The notes under the pieces were generated by a model that made no database searches, was not told the origin of the DNA, and saw only the letters and a list, made by a program, of their open reading frames with translations. The position numbers were made by a program, and so were the translations under genes. DNA of 64,000 nt from Candidatus Brocadia sp. (GTDB lineage: Bacteria; Planctomycetota; Brocadiia; Brocadiales; Brocadiaceae): the NCBI GenBank assembly GCA_011525665.1, contig WYAU01000093.1, positions 3,793 through 67,792 on the forward strand, in the 5' to 3' direction. This document shows, in pieces, positions 56,436-64,000 of this stretch. Positions within the stretch are counted from its first letter, which is position 1. Every line of letters starts with the position of its first letter.

Positions 56436-56693
56436 ATGCTAAAGGATAAAATAATTCAAAAAAATCTTGATTTGCTAAATGAATTCATGAAGTACGCCTT
56501 TGAACATCCCGAAGTATTAGATAAAATACCGCCGGAAGCCGAGCTTGTAATCTTACCAACAAACGACCCAGATCTTCGCGCTGTAAATAAGAAAATGGCT
56601 GACTCCCTTGTAAAAAAAGGGAAAAAGGTTGTCGTGGTCGAGCTTGAGAAACCAAAGATAGTCATACCTAAAATAGAACCGCTGGCAGTATAA
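56436..56693 (+). CDS. Small hypothetical protein
   Basis: 85 aa from the internal ATG (MLKDKIIQKNLDLLNEF...). No confident family assignment. Confidence 0.35.
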   Translation: MLKDKIIQKNLDLLNEFMKYAFEHPEVLDKIPPEAELVILPTNDPDLRAVNKKMADSLVKKGKKVVVVELEKPKIVIPKIEPLAV

Positions 56694-56731
56694 TTTCAAT
56701 GTATATGAATTTTCATTTTATTTATGCGGTT

Positions 56732-56760
56732 TGTAGAGCGAAGAGCCCCTTCGCTCCACA
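56732..56760. repeat. TGTAG..CTACA-type hairpin
   Basis: tgtagagcgaag-agccc-cttcgctccaca, a 12-bp stem with one mismatch. Confidence 0.5.
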
Positions 56761-56884
56761 GTGAAAAGGGAATGGGCTTATGAAAAAGTTAACATATTTG
56801 TTGCCGCTAAGGCAAATGGCAGTATAGTTGAATATTTTGATATTAAATATCGATTTTTCAAATATCGCTAAACATTAACAATTT

Positions 56885-58330
56885 ATGGTACGAGTTCGTT
56901 TTGCACCTTCACCCACAGGTCTTTTACATATCGGCAATGCACGCATGGCCATTTTCAACTGGTTATTTGCAAGACGGCATAAAGGCACCTTCATCTTAAG
57001 AATCGAAGATACTGATGTTGCCCGCTCTGAGAAGAAGTATATGGATCAACTCATCGAAGACCTCCACTGGCTGGGATTGACCTGGCAGGAAGGGCCCGAT
57101 GTGGGTGGTCAGTACGGTACCTATTTACAATCGGAACGTTTGCATATCTACCATGACATCTGCCAGAGATTTTTAAATGAAGATCTTGCATATCGTTGTT
57201 ATTGTACCCCAGAAGAATTGGAAGAACGCAGGCAGATTGCCAGACTGACCAGGAAACCGCCGCGGTACGACAATCGCTGCCGTAACCTGACAGACAAACA
57301 AAAAAAGGCATTTGAAACATCCGGTCTGAGTTTTACCATTCGTTTTAAAGTCCCAGAAGAATTGCTCGTATTCGATGACCTGATTCGGGGCACATGTCAA
57401 TTTGATATGAGTTTGGTTGGAGATTTTGTGATTATGCGGTCAGATAGAACACCCTCGTTTCACTTTGCCGTTGCCGTGGATGACACCCTGATGCAGATTA
57501 CACACGTCATCCGTGGAGAAGACCATTTATCAAATACACCGTGTCATATATTGCTTTTTCATGCATTGAATCGAAAACCCCCGCAATTTGCCCATCTATC
57601 ACTCACCATGGGTGCTGACCGCACCTTATTGAGTAAGCGGCACGGGGCATTTTCACTTTCGGAATACCGCAAATTGGGTTATTTGCCGGAGGCGCTCCTC
57701 AACTATATGATACTTCTCGGGTGGGCTCCCAGGGACAAAAAGGAAAAGTTTAAGATTGACGATATCATTGACACATTTGAGATAGGTACCATGAGCAAGG
57801 CATCCTCTGTATTCGATCAGCAAAAACTGGATTGGTTAAGTGGACAATACATTCGTGAAGCAGATTTAGAAAGGCTTACAAACCTGGCAATACCTTACCT
57901 GCAAGCCGCCGGTTTTATTCCTACGGACGAAAATAACATCAATAGGGCTAAATTGAGATTGGTAGTAGATGCGGTGAGAAACAATATGTCTTGTATGTCC
58001 CAAATTATTCAGGAAGTTGATATCTTTTTCAAGGATGTGGTTGTCAGTGAAAACCATGTTGAATTTTTGTCGTCGGAGATATCACAATCAGTCCTTTTCT
58101 CCTTTTACAGGGAACTCCAAAAACAGGACACCCTTTCCCCAGAAATTTTTAAAGAGATCTTAAAGTCTGTGCAGAATGAAACAAAGGTTAATGGCAAAGG
58201 GCTTTATATGCCTATTCGTATAGCCTTAACCGGTAGAGAACACGGGCCGGAACTGTATAATATTGTCAATATTTTAGGTATTAATACGTGCAATAAAAGG
58301 ATCGAACGGTATTTTGTGGTGAAAAAGTAA
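56885..58330 (+). CDS. gltX: Glutamate--tRNA ligase
   Basis: 481 aa. RFAPSPTGLLHIGNAR (HIGH) and LSKRHG (KMSKS variant). Confidence 0.95.
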   Translation: MVRVRFAPSPTGLLHIGNARMAIFNWLFARRHKGTFILRIEDTDVARSEKKYMDQLIEDLHWLGLTWQEGPDVGGQYGTYLQSERLHIYHDICQRFLNEDLAYRCYCTPEELEERRQIARLTRKPPRYDNRCRNLTDKQKKAFETSGLSFTIRFKVPEELLVFDDLIRGTCQFDMSLVGDFVIMRSDRTPSFHFAVAVDDTLMQITHVIRGEDHLSNTPCHILLFHALNRKPPQFAHLSLTMGADRTLLSKRHGAFSLSEYRKLGYLPEALLNYMILLGWAPRDKKEKFKIDDIIDTFEIGTMSKASSVFDQQKLDWLSGQYIREADLERLTNLAIPYLQAAGFIPTDENNINRAKLRLVVDAVRNNMSCMSQIIQEVDIFFKDVVVSENHVEFLSSEISQSVLFSFYRELQKQDTLSPEIFKEILKSVQNETKVNGKGLYMPIRIALTGREHGPELYNIVNILGINTCNKRIERYFVVKK

Positions 58331-58385
58331 CTATTCCGGCGTCAGAACAGTCATCCAAACAAATCATTTGCTGAGGAGATGTATC

Positions 58386-58943
58386 ATGGCACACATTGTC
58401 GTAGAAAAAAAAACGAAAAAATATACATACGAGGATTATTGCAAGATCTCAGACGATAAGAGGTACGAACTTATCCATGGAGAATTGCTTATGACGCCAT
58501 CACCGATTACGAATCATCAAAGAATTTCAAGAAGGCTTGAATTTATTCTTGAAAAATTTATAACGGAAAAAAAACCTGGTGAACTCTTTGATGCGCCCTA
58601 TGATGTATATTTTGATGAAGAAAATGTTGTTCAACCCGACTTACTATTCATCTCAAAGGACAGGCTCCATATTATCGGTGAAAAGAATGTCCAGGGCGCA
58701 CCCGACCTCGTAATAGAGATAATTTCGGAGAATAGTGCCTACAGGGACATGGTGCTGAAGAAAAAACTGTATGCAAAATTTGGTGTAAGGGAATACTGGA
58801 TAGTAATTCCGGAAGGCGAAGAAATAGAGATTTACACCCTGAAGGATAATACCTATCAACTTTATAAGGCATACGGAAAGGGCGGCACCCTCGAATCCCC
58901 CTTGTTAAAAGACTTAAAGATAGGATTAGTGGATATATTTTGA
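58386..58943 (+). CDS. Uma2-family (DUF820) restriction-endonuclease-fold protein
   Basis: ATG at 58386 (MAHIVVEKK...). Motifs YELIHGEL, QPDLLFIS, PDLVIEIISENS and YAKFGVREYWIV. Confidence 0.8.
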   Translation: MAHIVVEKKTKKYTYEDYCKISDDKRYELIHGELLMTPSPITNHQRISRRLEFILEKFITEKKPGELFDAPYDVYFDEENVVQPDLLFISKDRLHIIGEKNVQGAPDLVIEIISENSAYRDMVLKKKLYAKFGVREYWIVIPEGEEIEIYTLKDNTYQLYKAYGKGGTLESPLLKDLKIGLVDIF

Positions 58944-58992
58944 CACGTAGCGTACTATAAAAAAAATATTTGAAATCTTAAGAAATGAAACC

Positions 58993-60474
58993 ATGACACT
59001 AAAATTTTACAATTCTTTAACGAAAAAAAAAGAAGTCTTTACCCCTTTGCATGAAGGTTACGTTACTATGTATGTATGCGGTCCGACGGTGTATGATCAC
59101 CCACATCTCGGACACGCCAAGAGTTACGTGAGTTTTGACGTGATTGTCCGTTATCTTCGATATATTGGTTACAAAGTGCGTTACGTGCAGAACATTACCG
59201 ACGTCGGTCACCTGACAGACAATGCCGATACAGGTGAAGATAAGATACTGAAACGCGCGCAAAGGGAACATAGAGAACCCGCCGAACTTGTTGAAATATA
59301 TACGCGAAGCTATTTCGAGGACATGGATGCACTCAACAACGTAAGGCCCGACATCTCACCGCGGGCAACGGCGCATATCCCCGAACAAATCGAGCTCGTG
59401 GAAAGGCTGATTGAAAAGGGGTATGCCTATGTATCAAATGGCTCAGTGTACTTTGATGTTCAGAAGTTTAAGGAATATGGAAAACTCTCCGGGAGAAAAC
59501 AGGAGGAGCTTGAGGCAGGCGCCCGAATAGAAATAAACCCTGAAAAAATAAATCCCTCCGATTTTGCGCTCTGGAAAAAGGCTGCCCCTGGCCACATCAT
59601 GCGATGGAAAAGCCCCTGGGGAGAAGGTTTTCCCGGCTGGCATCTTGAATGCTCTGCCATGTCCATGAAATACCTCGGACAGACGCTGGATATTCACGGG
59701 GGGGGACTGGAAAACACCTTCCCGCATCACGAGTGTGAAATTGCCCAGAGTGAGGCAGCAAACGAGCGGCCCTTTGTGCGATACTGGATTCACAACAACA
59801 TGGTCACCGTAAATGGCCAAAAGATGGGGAAATCCCTCGGTAACTTTGTTACCCTTAAGGAAGCCTTCAAGAGTTACCACCCCTTAACGATAAGATTCTT
59901 TATCCTTACCTCCCATTATCGCAGTCCCCTTGACTATAGTAATGATGCGCTGGATGCCGCCAATAAGGGTCTTGAACGCCTGCTCAACACCGTCAAAAGC
60001 CTGCGGGAGCGGATAGCAAAAGCAAAGGACGGGTTTTCCCCGGATGAAATCTATGAAAAACTGGAACACTATAAAAAGATGTTCCTTGATGCAATGGACG
60101 AAGACATCAATACCCCCGGTGCTATTGCCGCCCTTTTTGATCTCTCAAAAGAGGTAAATACCCTGGTGAATTCCGGTCAGGAGATAAGCAAAAAATGCCT
60201 AGAAGACATTGATAAACTGTATCAGGAACTCGGGGAAGATATCCTGGGTATAATTGAGCCTAAACCTAAAACATTGACTACAACCTTCACACTCAGTTGG
60301 CAAGTAGAAGATAAAACAACTGAAGACATCATGAAAGTTCTCATTGACACGCGCAATGAACTCCGGAAGGCAAAGCAGTGGCAGTTATCCGACTTCATTC
60401 GTACGAAACTGTCAGAAATAGGCATAGTCCTTGATGACAGGCCGGATGGCACCACATGGAAGAAGATAAAGTAA
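58993..60474 (+). CDS. cysS: Cysteine--tRNA ligase
   Basis: 493 aa. YVCGPTVYDHPHLGHA (HIGH), KMGKSLGN (KMSKS), DALRYF-like region. Confidence 0.95.
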   Translation: MTLKFYNSLTKKKEVFTPLHEGYVTMYVCGPTVYDHPHLGHAKSYVSFDVIVRYLRYIGYKVRYVQNITDVGHLTDNADTGEDKILKRAQREHREPAELVEIYTRSYFEDMDALNNVRPDISPRATAHIPEQIELVERLIEKGYAYVSNGSVYFDVQKFKEYGKLSGRKQEELEAGARIEINPEKINPSDFALWKKAAPGHIMRWKSPWGEGFPGWHLECSAMSMKYLGQTLDIHGGGLENTFPHHECEIAQSEAANERPFVRYWIHNNMVTVNGQKMGKSLGNFVTLKEAFKSYHPLTIRFFILTSHYRSPLDYSNDALDAANKGLERLLNTVKSLRERIAKAKDGFSPDEIYEKLEHYKKMFLDAMDEDINTPGAIAALFDLSKEVNTLVNSGQEISKKCLEDIDKLYQELGEDILGIIEPKPKTLTTTFTLSWQVEDKTTEDIMKVLIDTRNELRKAKQWQLSDFIRTKLSEIGIVLDDRPDGTTWKKIK

Positions 60475-60477
60475 GGC

Positions 60478-61131
60478 ATGATTACACTGGAGCAGGTACA
60501 AAATCATCCGGATGTAAAAGTTTACATAAAAAAGGCGAACGACTTCCTGGGTATAATTGGCTACACGGAACACGGTGAACGCCACGGGAAATATGTGGCC
60601 AAAAGTGCACGAAAGATTCTTGAAAAACTCGGATATGATGCAAACACTTGTGAACTTGCGGCCATCGCCGGATATATTCACGACATCGGAAATGTGGTCA
60701 GCCGCCACTCGCACCCGGAGCACAGCGCACACCTTGCCAGTCAATTCTTAAAAGAGCTAAACATGCCTGTGGAAGATCGGGTTCTCGTCATGAGTGCGGT
60801 AGGAAATCATGATGAAGGCGCCTGCGATATCGTTAGCCCGGTATCGGCGGCACTCATCATTGCGGATAAATCCGATGTCCATCGGTCGAGGGTGCGGAGT
60901 CTGAAGGAGATTAAGTTTGATATTCATGACCGTGTTAATTACGCCGTAACAAAATCCGTGCTTCACATGAATGCACAAGAAAAGGCAATCACGCTCACAC
61001 TCGATATTGACAGGGAAATCTCTGATCTGGTGGAATACTTTGAGATCTTTACCGCCCGCATGGTCTCCTGCCGCCGCGCCGCCAGACTGCTTGAGTGTAC
61101 GTTTGACGTAAAGGTAAACGGCACTCCGTAG
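60478..61131 (+). CDS. HD-domain metal-dependent phosphohydrolase
   Basis: 217 aa. GERHGKYVA...GYIHDIGN...GNHDE. Confidence 0.75.
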   Translation: MITLEQVQNHPDVKVYIKKANDFLGIIGYTEHGERHGKYVAKSARKILEKLGYDANTCELAAIAGYIHDIGNVVSRHSHPEHSAHLASQFLKELNMPVEDRVLVMSAVGNHDEGACDIVSPVSAALIIADKSDVHRSRVRSLKEIKFDIHDRVNYAVTKSVLHMNAQEKAITLTLDIDREISDLVEYFEIFTARMVSCRRAARLLECTFDVKVNGTP

Positions 61132-61225
61132 ATACCTTATTTTAGAATCTGGATATTGGATGAATAGTGAGTAGAAATTTAAATATCGAAAGCCGAAACA
61201 AATGCCAATATCAGATGACAGAAAC

Positions 61226-61282
61226 TGACGCAAAGGCATTTTTCAACTATTGACATTTTCAAAAAACTAAACTGTTACGAAT
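61226..61282. repeat. Arm 1 of the inverted repeat bracketing the pdxA-cupin-rsmA operon
   Basis: tgacgcaaaggcatttttcaactattgacattttcaaaaaac (61226-61267) is the reverse complement of 63842-63883 with 2 mismatches in 42 nt. Similarity continues about 15 nt further, over the rsmA stop codon. Confidence 0.85.
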
Positions 61283-62195
61283 TTTTAAGCTTACCAATAG
61301 CCTCTGAAAGACAGACCAGTTGATCGACGCCAAGATTTTCTCCCCTTATTCGTTCATCCAGTTGCATGTCTTTCAGAATCACCATCAGATGTCCTCTTGA
61401 AACTCCGGGTAAGTTTAATTTTTCAAGACTATTTATTAATGTCTTGCGACGGGAGGTAAATATTGCATAAACAATCTTTATGAAAAACGGATATTCTGAT
61501 ATTCTGCCTGTATACTTCTCTTTGTGAACAACCACTTTAACAAGGGCAGAATGAACCTCCGGCCTCGGCCAGAAAACTTCCGGAGGCAACGTCTTTACGA
61601 CTTCCACTTCTGAAAATAACTGCGTAATTACCGATAATATTCCATATTCCCTTGTACCGGGAATTGCCGCCATACGCTCCGTAATCTCCTTTTGAAGCAT
61701 GAGCACCATCAGGCCGACAGATAAATCACCTTCTAAGAGATTGATGATTACCGGGGTGCTGATATTGTACGGCAGGTTCGATACAACTTTTATGGGGGTT
61801 TGTTTGTGTTCATTCAGCCAGTTGAATATCAGTGATGTTATATCCTCATTCAGTTCGTGCTTCGTTTTTAAGATATCTGCATTAATGAGGGTAACATTCG
61901 TATAAAATTTTAATATGTCAGATGCGAGTTCAAATAACTTTTTATCCACTTCTACGGTAAATACGTGCCGGGACCTGGCTGCCAATAGCCTGGTCAATCC
62001 TCCGGTCCCTGTACCAATCTCCAGGACAACGTCATCTTCCTTCAGGTCTGCAATATCGGGAATACTCAGGAGAATATTCTGGTCAATGAGAAAATTCTGA
62101 CCAAACCGTTTGCTGGGAATAATTCCCCGGCGGCTGAATATCTGCTTCAGTACGGCTGGTGTATGTGGTATAAAGCCTATTTCTTCAGGTGGCAT
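61275..62195 (-). CDS. rsmA: 16S rRNA (adenine1518/1519-N6)-dimethyltransferase RsmA/KsgA
   Basis: 306 aa. FGQNFL, LEIGTGTGGLT and NLPYNIS motifs. Confidence 0.95.
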   Translation of the reverse strand: MPPEEIGFIPHTPAVLKQIFSRRGIIPSKRFGQNFLIDQNILLSIPDIADLKEDDVVLEIGTGTGGLTRLLAARSRHVFTVEVDKKLFELASDILKFYTNVTLINADILKTKHELNEDITSLIFNWLNEHKQTPIKVVSNLPYNISTPVIINLLEGDLSVGLMVLMLQKEITERMAAIPGTREYGILSVITQLFSEVEVVKTLPPEVFWPRPEVHSALVKVVVHKEKYTGRISEYPFFIKIVYAIFTSRRKTLINSLEKLNLPGVSRGHLMVILKDMQLDERIRGENLGVDQLVCLSEAIGKLKNS

Positions 62196-62404
62196 GGATA
62201 CCTCACTATATAAAGCATACCTATAAATGTTTTTTACCGCAGAGACGCAGAAAACGCAAAGAAGGACTATTCTTTTAAACCTAACCCGGACAAGTCGGAA
62301 AAGACAAAATCCAAAACACGAAATTCGTGAGTCAGCCCTGCAGGGTTTTAAAACCTGACCAGGTTAATTTTGTGCATATTTTTCGGATATATGAAAAAAT
62401 CTGT

Positions 62405-62764
62405 TTATACTACCTCTTCATCTTCCGGTTGCCAGCACGGATCAACGATGCACAGGAATTTTAAATCACCCTGTCCGGTATTTTTAATACATTGGACTGC
62501 ATTTGGTGGGATATAAATGGCCTGACCCGGATGAACATCTGCTGTCTCATTATCAATATACATGATTCCCTTTCCTTCCAGAATGTAATATACCTCTGAA
62601 TTCCTGAGTCTATGACGGTATGAAGTATTACCCTCTTTAACGGTGGCATATGCCAGGCTGTAGTGAAGCTTTAGGTTCTCCTTATCGGGGTGCAGAAGTT
62701 CACGGAGAATTGCATTATCCCCGGCAACAAATTCTTTGCAATTTTTCAGGTCTTTTATAAACAT
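62405..62764 (-). CDS. Cupin-domain protein
   Basis: 119 aa. HRLRNSEVYYILEGKGIMYID...GQAIYIPPNAVQCIKNTG. Confidence 0.75.
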   Translation of the reverse strand: MFIKDLKNCKEFVAGDNAILRELLHPDKENLKLHYSLAYATVKEGNTSYRHRLRNSEVYYILEGKGIMYIDNETADVHPGQAIYIPPNAVQCIKNTGQGDLKFLCIVDPCWQPEDEEVV

Positions 62765-62791
62765 TTTTCCGGTATTTCTGTATCTCCGCCG

Positions 62792-63802
62792 TCAACGGCA
62801 CCGTGCCATTCTTACTGCCGTCTTTATGGCCTCCATCATTGAATGAGGAACGGCAATGCCCTTGCCTGCAATATCATAGGCAGTGCCGTGGTCAGGCGAT
62901 GTACGGATGAAGGGAATGCCCAGAGTAATGTTTACCCCGGTCTCAAAGGCATGCAGCTTGAGAGGGATTGCACCCTGATCGTGATAGATGGCCACAACCG
63001 CATCATAAGCGCCCTTCAAAGCCTTGTAAAAAATGGTATCGGCAGAGACAGGACCATCGCACAGTACGCCCTTTTTTCTTGCCTTTTCAACTGCAGGAAT
63101 AATAACCTTCCTTTCCTCGTCTCCAAAGATACCTTCCTCCCCTGCATGGGGGTTCAGGCCACAGACAGCAATCCTGGGCATTTTAAAACCAAAATACTGT
63201 TTCAGGTTGTCGTCACTCATGATTATTGTCCCCAGAACATCTTCGACGTTAATTGACTGCGGCACATCCTTTAAGGCGATATGCGTGGTCACAAACGCCA
63301 CCCGCAACTTTCCACCCGCCATCAGCATAACGACACGCTCAGCACCCGAAAAGATCCTGAGCATTTCCGTATGACCGGGGTAGCTATATCCGCCGAGATG
63401 GATGGCCTCTTTGCAAATCGGTGCAGTAACGAGGGCGTCGATGTGACCGCTCATGGCGAGATTAATCCCCCTGATCACAAATTGAACGGATAGTTCTCCA
63501 CCCTCTGCCGTTGCCTTCTTCTGCTTCATGAGATTTGAGTTGAAATTGCCAATAGACAACAGTGTAATGGGTCGTTTTGAGTCCTTAGTTTCCGATATAT
63601 GAGAAATTATTCGATATTTTAAGGGTATTTTTAAAGCCCTGGCCGCTTGCTCAAGTATTTTTTCATTGCCAATGATGATATAATTGGCAATTTTTCTGAC
63701 GGCCGGAGATTTTAACGACTTTACAATAATCTCCGGTCCGATCCCACACGGGTCACCCATCGTTATCCCGATCAGTAATTTTGATTTTTTATTTTTTTTC
63801 AT
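62792..63802 (-). CDS. pdxA: 4-hydroxythreonine-4-phosphate dehydrogenase PdxA
   Basis: 336 aa. GDPCGIGPEI, YPGHTE, GLNPHAGE, HDQG and TSPDHGTA. Confidence 0.95.
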   Translation of the reverse strand: MKKNKKSKLLIGITMGDPCGIGPEIIVKSLKSPAVRKIANYIIIGNEKILEQAARALKIPLKYRIISHISETKDSKRPITLLSIGNFNSNLMKQKKATAEGGELSVQFVIRGINLAMSGHIDALVTAPICKEAIHLGGYSYPGHTEMLRIFSGAERVVMLMAGGKLRVAFVTTHIALKDVPQSINVEDVLGTIIMSDDNLKQYFGFKMPRIAVCGLNPHAGEEGIFGDEERKVIIPAVEKARKKGVLCDGPVSADTIFYKALKGAYDAVVAIYHDQGAIPLKLHAFETGVNITLGIPFIRTSPDHGTAYDIAGKGIAVPHSMMEAIKTAVRMARCR

Positions 63803-63826
63803 TTTATTTTTTGAAAATCATATATA

Positions 63827-63883
63827 TGGCGTAACAACTTAGTTTTTTGAAAATGTCAATCGCTGAAAAATGCCTTTGCGTCA
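63827..63883. repeat. Arm 2 of the inverted repeat bracketing the pdxA-cupin-rsmA operon
   Basis: gttttttgaaaatgtcaatcgctgaaaaatgcctttgcgtca (63842-63883), 25-81 nt upstream of the pdxA ATG. See 61226-61282. Confidence 0.85.
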
Positions 63884-63888
63884 ATATT

Positions 63889-63918
63889 TGTAGTGGCAAT
63901 TCATGAATTGCCACTACA
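63889..63918. repeat. Perfect 30-bp palindrome
   Basis: tgtagtggcaattca|tgaattgccactaca. Same GTAGTGGCAA/TTGCCACTAC motif as 53546-53567. Confidence 0.9.
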
Positions 63919-64000
63919 GTGTATGATAATCGCATCATTACTGGAATTTTTTAAAAAACTAAATTATTACTCTATTACCAATGACCAAATTCAACTAATG

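Noticed and set aside
61226-63883. Invertible promoter/phase-variation switch interpretation of the operon-flanking inverted repeat
   Set aside because: This is not rejected as a possibility. It was not adopted as the call because no recombinase or invertase gene is present in the window, and inverting a whole housekeeping operon has no obvious regulatory logic. It is kept only as one alternative in the finding.

Overview
This is a dense, mostly housekeeping chromosomal window with about 70 protein genes and 3 tRNAs. I saw no rRNA, CRISPR array, transposase, integrase or phage genes. A prepilin-type DUF1559/H-X9-DG protein, abundant HDOD/GGDEF/hybrid-kinase signalling genes and anaerobic (cbi) cobalamin genes suggest a Planctomycetota-like anaerobe; that is inference only. 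Main blocks: (1) [NiFe]-hydrogenase maturation genes hypF-hypC and hypD-hypE, split by about 5 kb holding cysC, an outer-membrane protein and a TDT transporter. (2) A minus-strand signalling island: OMP, PotD-like binding protein, hybrid histidine kinase, Hpt, HDOD-GGDEF, CheY. (3) dus, then cbiX/cbiC fusion, cbiD, cbiE, cbiL, with arfB, ppiB and cobT on the minus strand. (4) A 9.5-kb type IV filament/T2SS-like operon with two tandem GspE/PilB ATPases, one platform protein, three minor pseudopilins and two large PilX_N-type proteins. (5) The classic thrS-infC-rpmI-rplT-pheS-pheT cluster plus tRNA-Val. (6) nadA and a larE-like gene, and an orphan DUF1559 pilin. (7) A radical SAM gene, usp, a 131-aa NrdD-type glycyl-radical mini-protein and putative tandem NrdR boxes. 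(8) Assorted housekeeping genes (two tRNA-Ser, ubiX, sppA, gltX, cysS, rsmA, pdxA). Observations most worth follow-up: the stand-alone NrdD-like glycyl-radical protein with NrdR-box-like operators and a neighbouring PflA-family radical SAM enzyme; the pilus-like operon lacking a major pilin, peptidase and secretin, whose last gene carries a 6x54-nt beta-helix repeat; a 57-nt inverted repeat bracketing the pdxA-cupin-rsmA operon; an in-frame 18-bp-stem hairpin inside hypD; a G-rich insertion in cbiD; and several families of GC-rich hairpin repeats in intergenic DNA. All calls come from reading the translations and sequence by eye. No database search was run.
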